Positions 9,517-19,027 of a stretch of DNA of 64,000 nt are shown here, one piece after another. Each line of letters starts with the position of its first letter. Position 1 is the first letter of the stretch. The notes under the pieces were generated by a model. That model was not told the origin of the DNA. It did no database searches and was given only the letters and a program-made list of their open reading frames with translations. The stretch spans positions 11,648-75,647 of the forward strand of contig JBDLVU010000001.1 of assembly GCA_039804665.1 (NCBI GenBank), in the 5' to 3' direction. Position numbers and translations under genes: made by a program. The stretch is from Pseudomonadota bacterium (GTDB lineage: Bacteria; Pseudomonadota; Alphaproteobacteria; Sphingomonadales; Sphingomonadaceae).

Positions 9517-10449
9517 TCAGGACAGCGCGGCCGCCAGATTGCGCGCGGCATGATCGACCCACGCCTTCGCATCCGGCACGGCGGCCGTCATGCTGAAGAA
9601 GCCGTGGATCATCCCGGGCGCCTGCGCATGGTCCACGTTCACGCCCGCCGCAGCAAGCCGCGCGGCATAGGCGTTTCCTTCGTCGCGCAGCGGATCGTAT
9701 TGCGCGGTGATGACGGTGGCAGGGGCCACCCCGGAAAGATCAGGCGTGCGCAACACCGTGGCGAGCGGAGCCTGATCGACCGGCGTATCGCCCAGGTAAT
9801 GCTTCCAAAAGGCGCGCATGGCCGAGGTGCTGAGGAAATAGTTGCCGCCACCGTTGGCGGCGTAGGATTCCGTGCCGAAATCAGCCTCCGTCACCGGATA
9901 GATCAGCAACTGGTGGCGCAGCGCCGGGCCGCCTTCATCACGCGCGCGGATGGCCACCGCCGCCGCGAGATTGCCGCCGGCGCTGTCCCCCGCCACGGCA
10001 AGGCGGGTGGCATCCACACCCAGCGTCGCGCCATTGGCCGCGGCCCAGATCAGCGCATCGTGACAATCATCGAGCGGCCCGGGATAGGCGGCTTCGGGCG
10101 CGAGGCGGTAGCCGACCGACAGCACCGCCGAACCACTGGCGTCGGCCAGTTCGCGGCAGGTGGCATCGTGCGTATCGAGCGTGCCGATCACCCAGCCGCC
10201 GCCGTGGAAGAACAGTGTGAGGGGCGAATGGGCGCCGCCACCAACGGGAACGTAGAGCCGCGCCGGGACGCTGCGGCCCGGCAACGGCAAGTGCAGATCC
10301 TCGACCCGCGCCATCGTCAGCGGTTCGCCCGCCGCCATGGGATTGTCCATCATCCCGCGCAGAACCGCAGGCGGCATCGCGTCCCAATCCAGCCCGGCGA
10401 GCGGAGCCATGGCTTCAAGGATCGGTAGAAGGGCAGGGTTGATGGACAT
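9517..10449 (-). CDS. Alpha/beta hydrolase, HSL-family esterase
   Basis: HGGGW, GDSAGG, DPLRDEG, HGF. Confidence 0.9.
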   Translation of the reverse strand: MSINPALLPILEAMAPLAGLDWDAMPPAVLRGMMDNPMAAGEPLTMARVEDLHLPLPGRSVPARLYVPVGGGAHSPLTLFFHGGGWVIGTLDTHDATCRELADASGSAVLSVGYRLAPEAAYPGPLDDCHDALIWAAANGATLGVDATRLAVAGDSAGGNLAAAVAIRARDEGGPALRHQLLIYPVTEADFGTESYAANGGGNYFLSTSAMRAFWKHYLGDTPVDQAPLATVLRTPDLSGVAPATVITAQYDPLRDEGNAYAARLAAAGVNVDHAQAPGMIHGFFSMTAAVPDAKAWVDHAARNLAAALS

Positions 10450-10602
10450 GGCAGTCTTCTCTCCGTGTGACAGTGTCATGTTGCGGCCGCTGGCAGGCCA
10501 TGCGCGTGCAGGAATACTCCGGACCGGGCGTGAGACGGCCGCCGGACAGCGGCCTGAAAAAGGAAACGGCGCAGGGGCAGGATCGGCGCAGCGATTGCCC
10601 CT

Positions 10603-11280
10603 TCATGCGCGAAGCGAGTGTCCCTTGCCAAGTGATTCGGACAATGCGCTTCCCCCGATAAATATTTCTACGCATCGGCATGCGTGGGCCGACACTTCCT
10701 GCGGCGTTGGCAACGGTAGGCCCACCAGCATGGCATTGTGCAGCGGCGACAGCGCCATCGCCACGAACAGCAGCGTGCGCTCCACCGAACCGTCCTGTTC
10801 CAGCGCATGGCGCCGCAGGAATTCGGCCAGCGGGGCGATCATGTAGTCGAAATGCCCGCGCCGGATCGCTTCGCCCATTTCGGGGAAATCCCGCGCCTCA
10901 CCCAGTGACAGCAACCCCATGCCATAGCTGTCCGCGCGCGAAAGCTCGTTGTGCAGGTCGATCACATAGCGTTCGAGCGCGGCGCGCAGGTTCCCGCCCG
11001 CATCGGGCTGCAAGGGCGGAAACCGCTCTGCCCCCGCGATCACACAGGCGCGGAACAGCGCCTGCTTGTCACGGTGCCAGGCATAAAGCGTGCGCTTGGT
11101 CACCCCGGCGGCGGCGGCCACTTCGTCCATGGTCGTCGCGCGGTAGCCCTGCCGCACGAAGATGCCGCGCGCCACATCGAGCAGATGCGCCATGCGCCGC
11201 CGGGTGGTTTCGGCCGAGGGACGCCCGCGCCGCCCGCTTTCGGGCACCCGGCCCGCATCCTCGTTGTCCTGCGCTTCCAT
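10603..11280 (-). CDS. TetR/AcrR family transcriptional regulator
   Basis: F...GY.ATTMDEVAAAAGVTKRTLY HTH; GGAGG RBS. Confidence 0.9.
   Translation of the reverse strand: MEAQDNEDAGRVPESGRRGRPSAETTRRRMAHLLDVARGIFVRQGYRATTMDEVAAAAGVTKRTLYAWHRDKQALFRACVIAGAERFPPLQPDAGGNLRAALERYVIDLHNELSRADSYGMGLLSLGEARDFPEMGEAIRRGHFDYMIAPLAEFLRRHALEQDGSVERTLLFVAMALSPLHNAMLVGLPLPTPQEVSAHACRCVEIFIGGSALSESLGKGHSLRA
10645..10674. promoter_or_regulatory. 30-bp operator inside the tetR 3' coding region, upstream of the esterase
   Basis: TGCG-CTTCCCCCGATAAATATTTCTA-CGCA. Confidence 0.5.
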
Positions 11281-11328
11281 CCTCCCTCCCTGCCGCGTTC
11301 GGGACGTGGCGTAAATGCGCTTGCTTAA

Positions 11329-11344
11329 TATACCTTCCAGTATA
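11329..11344. promoter_or_regulatory. Candidate TetR operator
   Basis: TATAC-CTTCCA-GTATA palindrome between tetR and the divergent ADH-sulfotransferase operon. Confidence 0.5.
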
Positions 11345-11397
11345 CCATAGCAGCCGATCGGCGATTCCATACGCCGGCAGACGGAGAGGAACCGGCC

Positions 11398-12438
11398 ATG
11401 CCACCCACATCAATGCCGCTGGCCCGCGTCCATGGCCCGGGCGACGTACGGCTGGACACCGTTCCCATCCCCGCGTGCGGCGCGGGCGAGGTTCTGCTGC
11501 GCGTGGGCGCCTGCGGCGTGTGCGGCAGCGACCTTGGCTATATTGCGCAAGGCGGGCTGGGCGGCGTGGAGCCGCTGAAGCAGCCCCTGCCCATCGGCCA
11601 CGAATTTGCCGGAACCGTGGTGGCAGTGGGCGCAGGCGTTACCGGCATCGCGCCGGGCCTGCGCGCCGCGGTCAACCCGGATCGCGCCTTCATCGGCGGC
11701 GGTGGCCCAGACGGCGCGATGGCGCCCTATATCCGGATCGAAGGCGCAGAGCTGGGCGAGACGCTGTTTCCCCTGCCCGACAGCCTGTCCTTTGCCGAAG
11801 CCGCGCTGGCAGAACCGCTGTCGGTTGCGCTGCACGGCCTGCGCGTGGTGCGGGTGCGCGCGGCAGACAAGGTGGCCATCCTTGGCGCGGGACCGATCGG
11901 GCTGTGCACGCTGGTCATGCTGCACCATCTGGGCGTGCGTGACGTGGCCATTTTCGACCGCGTGGACGAACGGCTGGACCGCGCCCGCACGCTGGGGGCC
12001 GGCCTTGCGGTGAACGTGACGCGCGAATCCCTTCCCGATGCGCTCGCGCGGTTTCACGGCAGCGGCGAACGCTTTGGCGCGCCGTTCGTGGGCACCGATG
12101 TGTTCGTCGATTGCGCGGGCTCTGCCGCCGCGCTGCAAGAGGCGTTGGCGGTGGCGCGCTATCGCGCCCGCGTGGCGGTGATCGCGCTGCATCACACGCC
12201 GCTGGCGCTCGACCTGTGGCGCCTGATGGCCAACGAGATCACGATCTCGGGATCGGTCGCGGATGCGCGCTCGGAGGAATTCGGCGAAGCGGTGGCGATG
12301 CTTGGGCAAGGACGGCAGGACCTCTCCCCGCTGATCAGCCACCGCATCGATTTCGACCAGTTTCACGAAGCCCTTGCCACGGCAGCCGACGCAGCGCGCG
12401 CGGCCAAGGTGGTTCTGACATTCGCGGAGGCCGCATGA
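11398..12438 (+). CDS. Zinc-binding dehydrogenase (MDR), lacking the structural-zinc loop
   Basis: GVCGSD, GHEFAG, GAGPIG; no Cys4 loop. Confidence 0.85.
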   Translation: MPPTSMPLARVHGPGDVRLDTVPIPACGAGEVLLRVGACGVCGSDLGYIAQGGLGGVEPLKQPLPIGHEFAGTVVAVGAGVTGIAPGLRAAVNPDRAFIGGGGPDGAMAPYIRIEGAELGETLFPLPDSLSFAEAALAEPLSVALHGLRVVRVRAADKVAILGAGPIGLCTLVMLHHLGVRDVAIFDRVDERLDRARTLGAGLAVNVTRESLPDALARFHGSGERFGAPFVGTDVFVDCAGSAAALQEALAVARYRARVAVIALHHTPLALDLWRLMANEITISGSVADARSEEFGEAVAMLGQGRQDLSPLISHRIDFDQFHEALATAADAARAAKVVLTFAEAA

Positions 12439-13712
12439 CCAAATCGCCCCCCGTCATCCGCATCGACGACATGGCCGATCCGGTGCTGACCCCGGCGCTG
12501 GTCGCGGCGCGGCAAGGCCCGGCGGACCTGCCAGATTTCCTGACGCCCGATCAGGTGCTGGAGCACGCGATGGCGCAAACCGGGCTTTCGGACTTCGGCC
12601 CGGAGACCGGCTTTCGCCAGCGGCTGGCCGTGACCCTGCGCGCGCTTTACGAGGATGAAGGGCTGACGCGCGGCGGGCGGCTGAACATCATGGGACAGGC
12701 GATCCGCGTGATGGTCAACCGCCTGCGCATCGAGGATCTGCTCAAGCGCCATCCCGAAATCCTTGAAGTGCCCATCGATCGCCCGATCTTCATCGCCGGA
12801 CTGCCGCGTTCGGGCACCACGCATCTCGTCAACTGGCTGTCACGCGACGAACGGCTCAATTCGCTGACGCTGTGGGAATCCGAAGAACCGGTGCCCACGG
12901 TGCAGGTCGCGCCGGGCGAGACGGACCCGCGCATCCTGCGGTCGGCGGCGGTGTGGGAAGCGTTCGGCGCGATGCTGCCGCACATGGCGGCCATGCACGA
13001 AATGGCCGCCAACGACATCCACGAGGACAATGAGCTGATGTTCATGGACCTCAATTGCTACAACTGGGAATTCCAGGCCCGGTTGCCGCGCTGGATCGAC
13101 CATTACCTGTCGCACGACCGCACCGGATCATATGCCTACGAGAAAAAGGTGCTGCAGGTCATCGCGTGGCATCGCGGGGTAAAGCCGGGCGAGCCCGGGC
13201 GTCGGCGCTGGCTGCTGAAATCGCCGCAGCACATGGAAAACCTCTCCGCGATCAGGGCGGTGTTTCCCGATGCCACGATGGTCGTCACGCATCGCGATCC
13301 GGTGGACGTGCTGCGGTCGTTGACCACGATGCTGGGGTATTCGGACCGCATCCGGCGTGATCCGGTCGATCCCCCTGCACTGGCCCGGCTATGGGCCGAT
13401 CGCATCGAGCGGCTGCTGCGCGAATGCGTGGCCCAGCGCGAAAGCTGGGGGCCGGCGCAATCGCTGGACGTGCTGTTTCACGATTACATGGCAGACCAGC
13501 AAGGCATGGCGCGCCGCATCTATGCGCTGGCCGGGCTGGACCTGCCGCGCGAAACCGAGGCGCGGCTGATGGGCTATCTTTCCGAGAACCCGCGCCATGC
13601 CCACGGCAAGGTGATCTACGACCTTGAAGGCGTGTTCGGCATGAACCTGGCCGAGCTGCGCCAGCGCTTCGCATTTTATTACGACCGCTTTCCGGTCCGG
13701 CAGGAGAACTGA
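12435..13712 (+). CDS. Sulfotransferase family protein
   Basis: PIFIAGLPRSGTT (5'-PSB loop), LKSPQH, THRDP; ATGA overlap. Confidence 0.85.
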   Translation: MTKSPPVIRIDDMADPVLTPALVAARQGPADLPDFLTPDQVLEHAMAQTGLSDFGPETGFRQRLAVTLRALYEDEGLTRGGRLNIMGQAIRVMVNRLRIEDLLKRHPEILEVPIDRPIFIAGLPRSGTTHLVNWLSRDERLNSLTLWESEEPVPTVQVAPGETDPRILRSAAVWEAFGAMLPHMAAMHEMAANDIHEDNELMFMDLNCYNWEFQARLPRWIDHYLSHDRTGSYAYEKKVLQVIAWHRGVKPGEPGRRRWLLKSPQHMENLSAIRAVFPDATMVVTHRDPVDVLRSLTTMLGYSDRIRRDPVDPPALARLWADRIERLLRECVAQRESWGPAQSLDVLFHDYMADQQGMARRIYALAGLDLPRETEARLMGYLSENPRHAHGKVIYDLEGVFGMNLAELRQRFAFYYDRFPVRQEN

Positions 13713-13714
13713 TC

Positions 13715-14962
13715 ATGGCCGCAACCGATAACCCGCGCGCCAACATGTCCCGCGAGCGGCTCGTTTCCGGGCAGGCGTGGGACGATTTCTGCGATACGCT
13801 GAAACTGGCGGGGCGCCACATCGCAGCGGTCGACGGGCCTTTGTCCGATCTCGACCGCGCCGAATGGTATCGCTTCATGACCCGGCTGGCGCGGTCGAGC
13901 ATGGAGCGGCTGATCGAGAATGCCGAGCCCACCCGGCCGCGCCTGCGCGACATGGTGTGGCGGCAGTCGATCAACGTGCAGACGGTGGATCAGGACCACC
14001 TGATGTGCCAGTTCGACGAAGCGCGCGATTACCGCATCACCGGCACGCGCGGGACCATCCCCTATTTCGTGATGGCGGTGCTGACCTGCCCCGCGCCCGA
14101 TGCGCCGGGGGCCGAGGATTGGGCCGCGCACGGCATCGAGGGGCTGAAGCGGTTCGATCCGTCGAACCTCAAGACCACCGGCTTTCTTGCCAGCCAGCAG
14201 CTGCATGTGGAGGCAGACGGCACCTTTGAGCTGGTCCTGTCGCAAAACGATCCGGGCGACGGGCGCAACTGGCTGCGGCTGACGCCCGAGACGAACTGCA
14301 TCATGATCCGGCTGGTGTGGAGCGACCGCGTGCACGAGGTGGCACCGGCGATGACCATCGAACGCGTGGACGGCGCCCCGCCAGAACCGGTCACGCCGGC
14401 GCTGATCGCCGATGGGCTGGCGTGGACGGGGCAGGCCGTGCTTGGCTATGCCGAACTGGTGCGCAACTGGTGGCAGGGCACGCAGGGCAACTTTTCGGCG
14501 CGGCTGAACCGGCTGGATTACAGCCGCGCGCAATACCTTTCCAACGGCGGCGTGCCCGACAGGCATGTTGCCTTCGGCGGCTGGGAAAAGCGCGGGGACG
14601 AGGCGCTGGTGCTGGAATTCACGCCGCCTCCCTGCGAATACTGGAACTTCCAGCTGTGCAACATCTGGCAGGAAAACCTCGATACGTTCGAGGACGGCAA
14701 CGGCTGGATCAACAACACCCGCCATGTCGCCGAAAGCGACGGGACCGTGCGCGTGGTGATCGCGGAACGCGATCCCGGCGTGGGGGGCAACTGGATCGAC
14801 AGCTATGGCCACGAACGCGGCATCTGGGGCCTGCGCTTTGTCCAGACGCAGCAGACCGCGCCGGTGAAGCTGTGGCGCGTGCCGCTGGCCAGCCTTGAGA
14901 GCCGGGGCCTCGCCGCGCTCGATCCCGCCGTGGCGGTCGCCACCGGCCAGTTCGTGGATTGA
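13715..14962 (+). CDS. DUF1214-domain protein
   Basis: AWDDFC..LK, YRITGTRG, DGTFELVLS, YWNFQL.NIWQE.LD, DPG...NWID..GH..G. Confidence 0.7.
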   Translation: MAATDNPRANMSRERLVSGQAWDDFCDTLKLAGRHIAAVDGPLSDLDRAEWYRFMTRLARSSMERLIENAEPTRPRLRDMVWRQSINVQTVDQDHLMCQFDEARDYRITGTRGTIPYFVMAVLTCPAPDAPGAEDWAAHGIEGLKRFDPSNLKTTGFLASQQLHVEADGTFELVLSQNDPGDGRNWLRLTPETNCIMIRLVWSDRVHEVAPAMTIERVDGAPPEPVTPALIADGLAWTGQAVLGYAELVRNWWQGTQGNFSARLNRLDYSRAQYLSNGGVPDRHVAFGGWEKRGDEALVLEFTPPPCEYWNFQLCNIWQENLDTFEDGNGWINNTRHVAESDGTVRVVIAERDPGVGGNWIDSYGHERGIWGLRFVQTQQTAPVKLWRVPLASLESRGLAALDPAVAVATGQFVD

Positions 14963-15828
14963 GCGGGATGATGACAATGCCTTCGGACCTGGTGTTCTGT
15001 TCGCCCGCCATGCCCGGCGTTCCGCTGCTCGACCGGCTGGCCCCGGTGGCGGCTGCGGGGTTCAGCGCGATTTCGCTTATGCCGAGCGATGTCTGGGCGC
15101 TGGAAGAAGCCGGCATGCTCGCGCCCGAGATCGCCGCGCGGATTGCCGACGCCGGACTGCGCGTGGCCGAGATGGACTGCACCGCGTGCTGGATGCCGCG
15201 CCAGACGACGCAAGGCGACGGGGGCGACCTGTCGCAGTTGCTGCGCAGCCTGACCATCGAACGGGTCGTGGCCACCGCCGCGCGAATAGGTGCGCCTTCG
15301 GTCGTGGCGGTGGACATTTCGGACAGCCCCCCGACGCTGGACGAAGGGGCCGAAGGCTTTGCCGACCTATGCGATCAGGCGGCGGCGCATGGCCTGCGCG
15401 CGCAGATCGAATTCCTACCCGTGGGCGGCATCCGCACGCTGACCGAGGCATGGGGAATCGTGGAGGCGGCGGGGCGTGCCAATGGCGGTTTGACCATCGA
15501 CGCATGGCATTTTTTCCGCAGCGGATCGACGCTGGAGCAACTGGCGCGGATTCCTGGCGAGCGCATTCACACGGTGCAGCTGTGCGACGCGCCGGCCGCG
15601 CCGCAGACAGACCTGTGGGCCGAGCTGATGACCGCTCGCCTGCTGCCGGGCGAAGGTGAACTCGATCTTTCCGGACTGATCCGCACGCTCGACGCGATCG
15701 GTTCTACCGCACCCATCGGCGTCGAGATTTTCAACACCCGCCAGAACGACCAGCCGCTGACGCAGATCGCGCAGGACTGGACCGCAGCCGCGCGCAGCGT
15801 TCTGGCACAGGCGAGAGGAAACGCATGA
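14959..15828 (+). CDS. Sugar phosphate isomerase/epimerase family (TIM barrel)
   Basis: IEFLP, IDAWHF, VQLCDA, RLLPGEG, GVEIF. Confidence 0.8.
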   Translation: MSGMMTMPSDLVFCSPAMPGVPLLDRLAPVAAAGFSAISLMPSDVWALEEAGMLAPEIAARIADAGLRVAEMDCTACWMPRQTTQGDGGDLSQLLRSLTIERVVATAARIGAPSVVAVDISDSPPTLDEGAEGFADLCDQAAAHGLRAQIEFLPVGGIRTLTEAWGIVEAAGRANGGLTIDAWHFFRSGSTLEQLARIPGERIHTVQLCDAPAAPQTDLWAELMTARLLPGEGELDLSGLIRTLDAIGSTAPIGVEIFNTRQNDQPLTQIAQDWTAAARSVLAQARGNA

Positions 15829-16946
15829 CCACGCAAAAGACAGGGGCCGTCGTCGTCGGCACGGGGTTCGGCCTGTTTACCCACGTGCGCGCCCTGCGCG
15901 ATGCGGGATTCGAGGTGCGCGCCATCGTTGGCCGCGATCTGGAAAAGACGCGGGCACGATCCGCCCCGCTGGGGATTCCGCTGGCGTCGAACGATCTGGA
16001 ACGGGTGCTGGCCGACGATCCGGCGATCCGCCTTGTCACCGTCGCCACCCCGCCCCACGCCCATTACACGCCGGTGATGCAGGCGATTGCCGCCGGGCGC
16101 GCCATCATGTGCGAAAAGCCGTTTGCCCGCGATCTGGCACAGGCACGCGAAATGCTGCGCGCGGCGGAAAACGCGGGCGTGATCCACGCGCTGGGCGCCG
16201 AATTCCGATATGACAGCGGGCAGGCGCTGCTGCGGCGCGTGGTGCAATCCGGCGCGATCGGAGAGCCGCTGATGTTCCACCGCATCTACCAGCAGCCGGG
16301 CGGCGATCCGAACGAGCCATTGGCCGAGTGGTGGATGGACGCCGGGCAAGGCGGCGGCTTCCTTGGCGCGTTCGGCACGCACATGATCGATCAGGCCCGC
16401 AGCACGGTGGGCGAGATCGTGCGCGTCAGCGCGGTGCTGCGCAAGCTGTCGCCCGGACGCCCGACGCAGACATCGGACGATTACTACACCATCCAGTTCG
16501 AGACCGATTCCGGGTGCATGGGCCTGATCGAAGCGGCGCTGGCCTTTCCCGGCCCCTTCGTCATGTCGACCAAGGTGGCTGGAAGCACAGGCGCGGCCTG
16601 GGTGCAGTCGGGCGCGGCGTTTGGCGATCCCGAACAGGTCTGGGTGCAGGATGCGCAAGGCGCAAGGCAGGTGGAAATGCCCGCCGAACTCGGCAACCCC
16701 GCACCCGAACCCTTTCCCATCGACGAACTGGTGCAGACCGAGATGGACCGCTGGCACAGTCAGGGCTTCGACGTCGCCCCCTATGCCAAGCTGTTCGCGC
16801 AATTGAAGGCGCGGATCGACGGGCGCGATCCGCCCCTGCCCGATCCGGCGGGCGATTTCCGCGATGCGGCGGCCAATCAGGCCATTCTGGATGCAGCGCG
16901 CCGGTCGAATACCGAACGGCGCTGGGTGGACGTGGAGCAGGCATGA
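15825..16946 (+). CDS. Gfo/Idh/MocA family oxidoreductase
   Basis: VVGTGFG, VATPP..H, CEKPFA, GGGFLGAFGTH.ID. Confidence 0.85.
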   Translation: MTTQKTGAVVVGTGFGLFTHVRALRDAGFEVRAIVGRDLEKTRARSAPLGIPLASNDLERVLADDPAIRLVTVATPPHAHYTPVMQAIAAGRAIMCEKPFARDLAQAREMLRAAENAGVIHALGAEFRYDSGQALLRRVVQSGAIGEPLMFHRIYQQPGGDPNEPLAEWWMDAGQGGGFLGAFGTHMIDQARSTVGEIVRVSAVLRKLSPGRPTQTSDDYYTIQFETDSGCMGLIEAALAFPGPFVMSTKVAGSTGAAWVQSGAAFGDPEQVWVQDAQGARQVEMPAELGNPAPEPFPIDELVQTEMDRWHSQGFDVAPYAKLFAQLKARIDGRDPPLPDPAGDFRDAAANQAILDAARRSNTERRWVDVEQA

Positions 16947-17695
16947 TGGGACCGAAGCACGATTTCGCGGGCGCGCACGTGCTCGTTACCGGTGGCACCA
17001 GCGGCATCGGCGCGGCCTGCGCCGCGCTGTTCCGCGAAGCGGGCGCGCACGTGACGATCACCGGCACGCGTGGCGGTGCCATCGATTACGACACCGACCT
17101 TGCCGGCTATCGCTATCTGCGGCTGGATATCGAGGACAAGGCGAGCATCGACGATGTCGCCGCCGCGCTTCCGCGGCTGGATGTGCTGGTCAACAACGCC
17201 GGGATCGCGCTGCCTTCGCTGGGGCTGGACGAATGGGAGCCCGACGTGTTCGACCGCGCGGTGGCGATGCTGCTGAACGGGGCGTTCCGCATGGCCCGGC
17301 GCACGGTGGACCTGCTGGCGCAAAGCACGATGCCGGGGGGCGCATCCGTGATCGGCGTGGCATCGATGAGCAGTTTCTTCGGCATTCCGGTGGTGCCCGG
17401 ATATGGTGCGGCCAAGACCGGCCTTGTCGGCCTGACCCGCACGATGGCCGCGCATTGGGGACCGCGCGGCGTTCGCGCCAACGCGGTGGCAGCAGGATTG
17501 ACCCGCAGCGGCATGACCGCCGGCACCTTTGCCCAGGAAGCATGGACCGCGCCCACGCTCGCCCGCACGCCGCTGGGCCGGCTTGGCGAACCGGACGACA
17601 TCGCGCAGGCGATCGCCTTTCTCGCCAGCCCGGCGGCGGGCTGGATCACCGGGCAGACGCTGGCCGTGGATGGCGGATACACCATATCCGGATAA
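16943..17695 (+). CDS. SDR family oxidoreductase
   Basis: TGGTSGIG, NNAG, YGAAK, VDGGY. Confidence 0.9.
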   Translation: MMGPKHDFAGAHVLVTGGTSGIGAACAALFREAGAHVTITGTRGGAIDYDTDLAGYRYLRLDIEDKASIDDVAAALPRLDVLVNNAGIALPSLGLDEWEPDVFDRAVAMLLNGAFRMARRTVDLLAQSTMPGGASVIGVASMSSFFGIPVVPGYGAAKTGLVGLTRTMAAHWGPRGVRANAVAAGLTRSGMTAGTFAQEAWTAPTLARTPLGRLGEPDDIAQAIAFLASPAAGWITGQTLAVDGGYTISG

Positions 17696-17737
17696 ATTTT
17701 GCCCACAATTTACGCATTTGCACGTGCATTATATAAT
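17687..17737 (+). promoter_or_regulatory. 30-bp operator (17687-17716, one mismatch) overlapping a sigma70-like promoter
   Basis: TCCG-GATAAATTTTGCCCACAATTTA-CGCA; TTTACG (17709-14), 17-bp spacer, TATAAT (17732-37). Confidence 0.6.
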
Positions 17738-17794
17738 AATGGCAATAGAAGCGCACTTCTTATCTCACATAAGAACGCGCAAGGGAGAATCGCG

Positions 17795-18082
17795 GTGGTC
17801 GAAAAATTGACATCGCAGCAGGTGCAGGAAGCGCTGACGCGGCTGGAATCATGGGAATTCCAGCCGGACCGCCAAGCCCTGTATCGCGAGTTCCGGTTTG
17901 CGGACTTCGTCGAGGCCTTTGGCTTCATGGCCAGTGTGGCGCTGGAAGCGGAAAAGGCCGACCATCATCCCGAATGGTTCAACGTGTACAACAAGGTGCA
18001 GGTTTGGCTGACCACGCACGATGCCGATGGCGTCAGCGAACGCGACGTGCGGCTGGCCGCGCGCATGAACGCGCTGGCGTGA
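17795..18082 (+). CDS. phhB: Pterin-4a-carbinolamine dehydratase
   Basis: [28 protein letters not shown]...LTTHD..G....D..LA signature. Confidence 0.9.
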   Translation: MVEKLTSQQVQEALTRLESWEFQPDRQALYREFRFADFVEAFGFMASVALEAEKADHHPEWFNVYNKVQVWLTTHDADGVSERDVRLAARMNALA

Positions 18083-18097
18083 TCCGGAACGCACGAT

Positions 18098-18850
18098 TCA
18101 CAACGCAAGGTTCCATCCTGCGTCGCGCACAGAGCTGAGATCGAGTTCGCGCATCACGCTTAACATGCCGAACCATTTGCGCGGCAGGACCGCCGTTTCA
18201 CGATCGCGGTCGGACAGAGCCTGGACCTCGCCGCGCAGTTTCTCGATCAACTCGGCCAGTTGCGCCGCGCCGACATCCGACAACTTGACCATCTCGGACG
18301 CATAGACGGTATCGGGCGAAGCGTAGTCCAGATCGAAATAGATCTGCTTCATGTGCCGTTCGAACAGCGACCGCAGCGGCGCCTTGCGGAACACCAGCGC
18401 ACGATCGACCAGCGCGCGGACGCGCCCGTTGCGCAGGCGATCGATCAGCGCAAGGCGCTCGAGCTTGAGCAGCGCCAGTTCCATCATGCGCGAAGGCAGC
18501 GTGAAATCGGCCGTGATCTCGCCCGGCTGGATTCCGGCCAGGATCGCCATGAACAGGAACGACAGAAAGATGTCGGACGACAACGCGCGTTCCTGAGCCA
18601 GCGTCAGTTCACGCGCCAGCCCTTGCGGCCCCTCTTCCGCCTCACGCGCCAGATCGGCGATGGTCATGCGCGCAAGCGCGGCCAGCCGTTCGAACCGGTC
18701 CAGCGTCAGGCCCCGCCCCGCCAGCCAGCGCTTGGCCGTGGCCTCGCTCACCTTCAGTTCGGCAGACAGGCGGACCGCCGTCCATCCTTCCTGCCGCAAG
18801 TGGCGGCGCAGAGCCCCGAGCATGGTCGCACTTGTCGAATCGTGTCGCAT
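18098..18850 (-). CDS. XRE-like helix-turn-helix transcriptional regulator
   Basis: N-terminal HTH (L...L.VSEATAKRWL.G..LTL.R.E); start codon uncertain. Confidence 0.7.
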   Translation of the reverse strand: MRHDSTSATMLGALRRHLRQEGWTAVRLSAELKVSEATAKRWLAGRGLTLDRFERLAALARMTIADLAREAEEGPQGLARELTLAQERALSSDIFLSFLFMAILAGIQPGEITADFTLPSRMMELALLKLERLALIDRLRNGRVRALVDRALVFRKAPLRSLFERHMKQIYFDLDYASPDTVYASEMVKLSDVGAAQLAELIEKLRGEVQALSDRDRETAVLPRKWFGMLSVMRELDLSSVRDAGWNLAL

Positions 18851-18971
18851 AATGATCCGAAACAGATCGCCATATGAGCCGCAAGGCAAGCGAAACCTTC
18901 TTGCAAAACCCGCACCTGCCTATGCTTCCTACAGCGAAACCATGCGGAGTCGGACGGAACGCGCGGCATTC

Positions 18972-19001
18972 TGCGTGACCATTCATGACAAACACTTCGC
19001 A
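18972..19001. promoter_or_regulatory. 30-bp palindromic operator
   Basis: TGCG-TGACCATTCATGACAAACACTT-CGCA, 26 bp upstream of the amidohydrolase ATG. Confidence 0.7.
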
Positions 19002-19027
19002 AAATAAACAGATCGGGAGAATTGACC

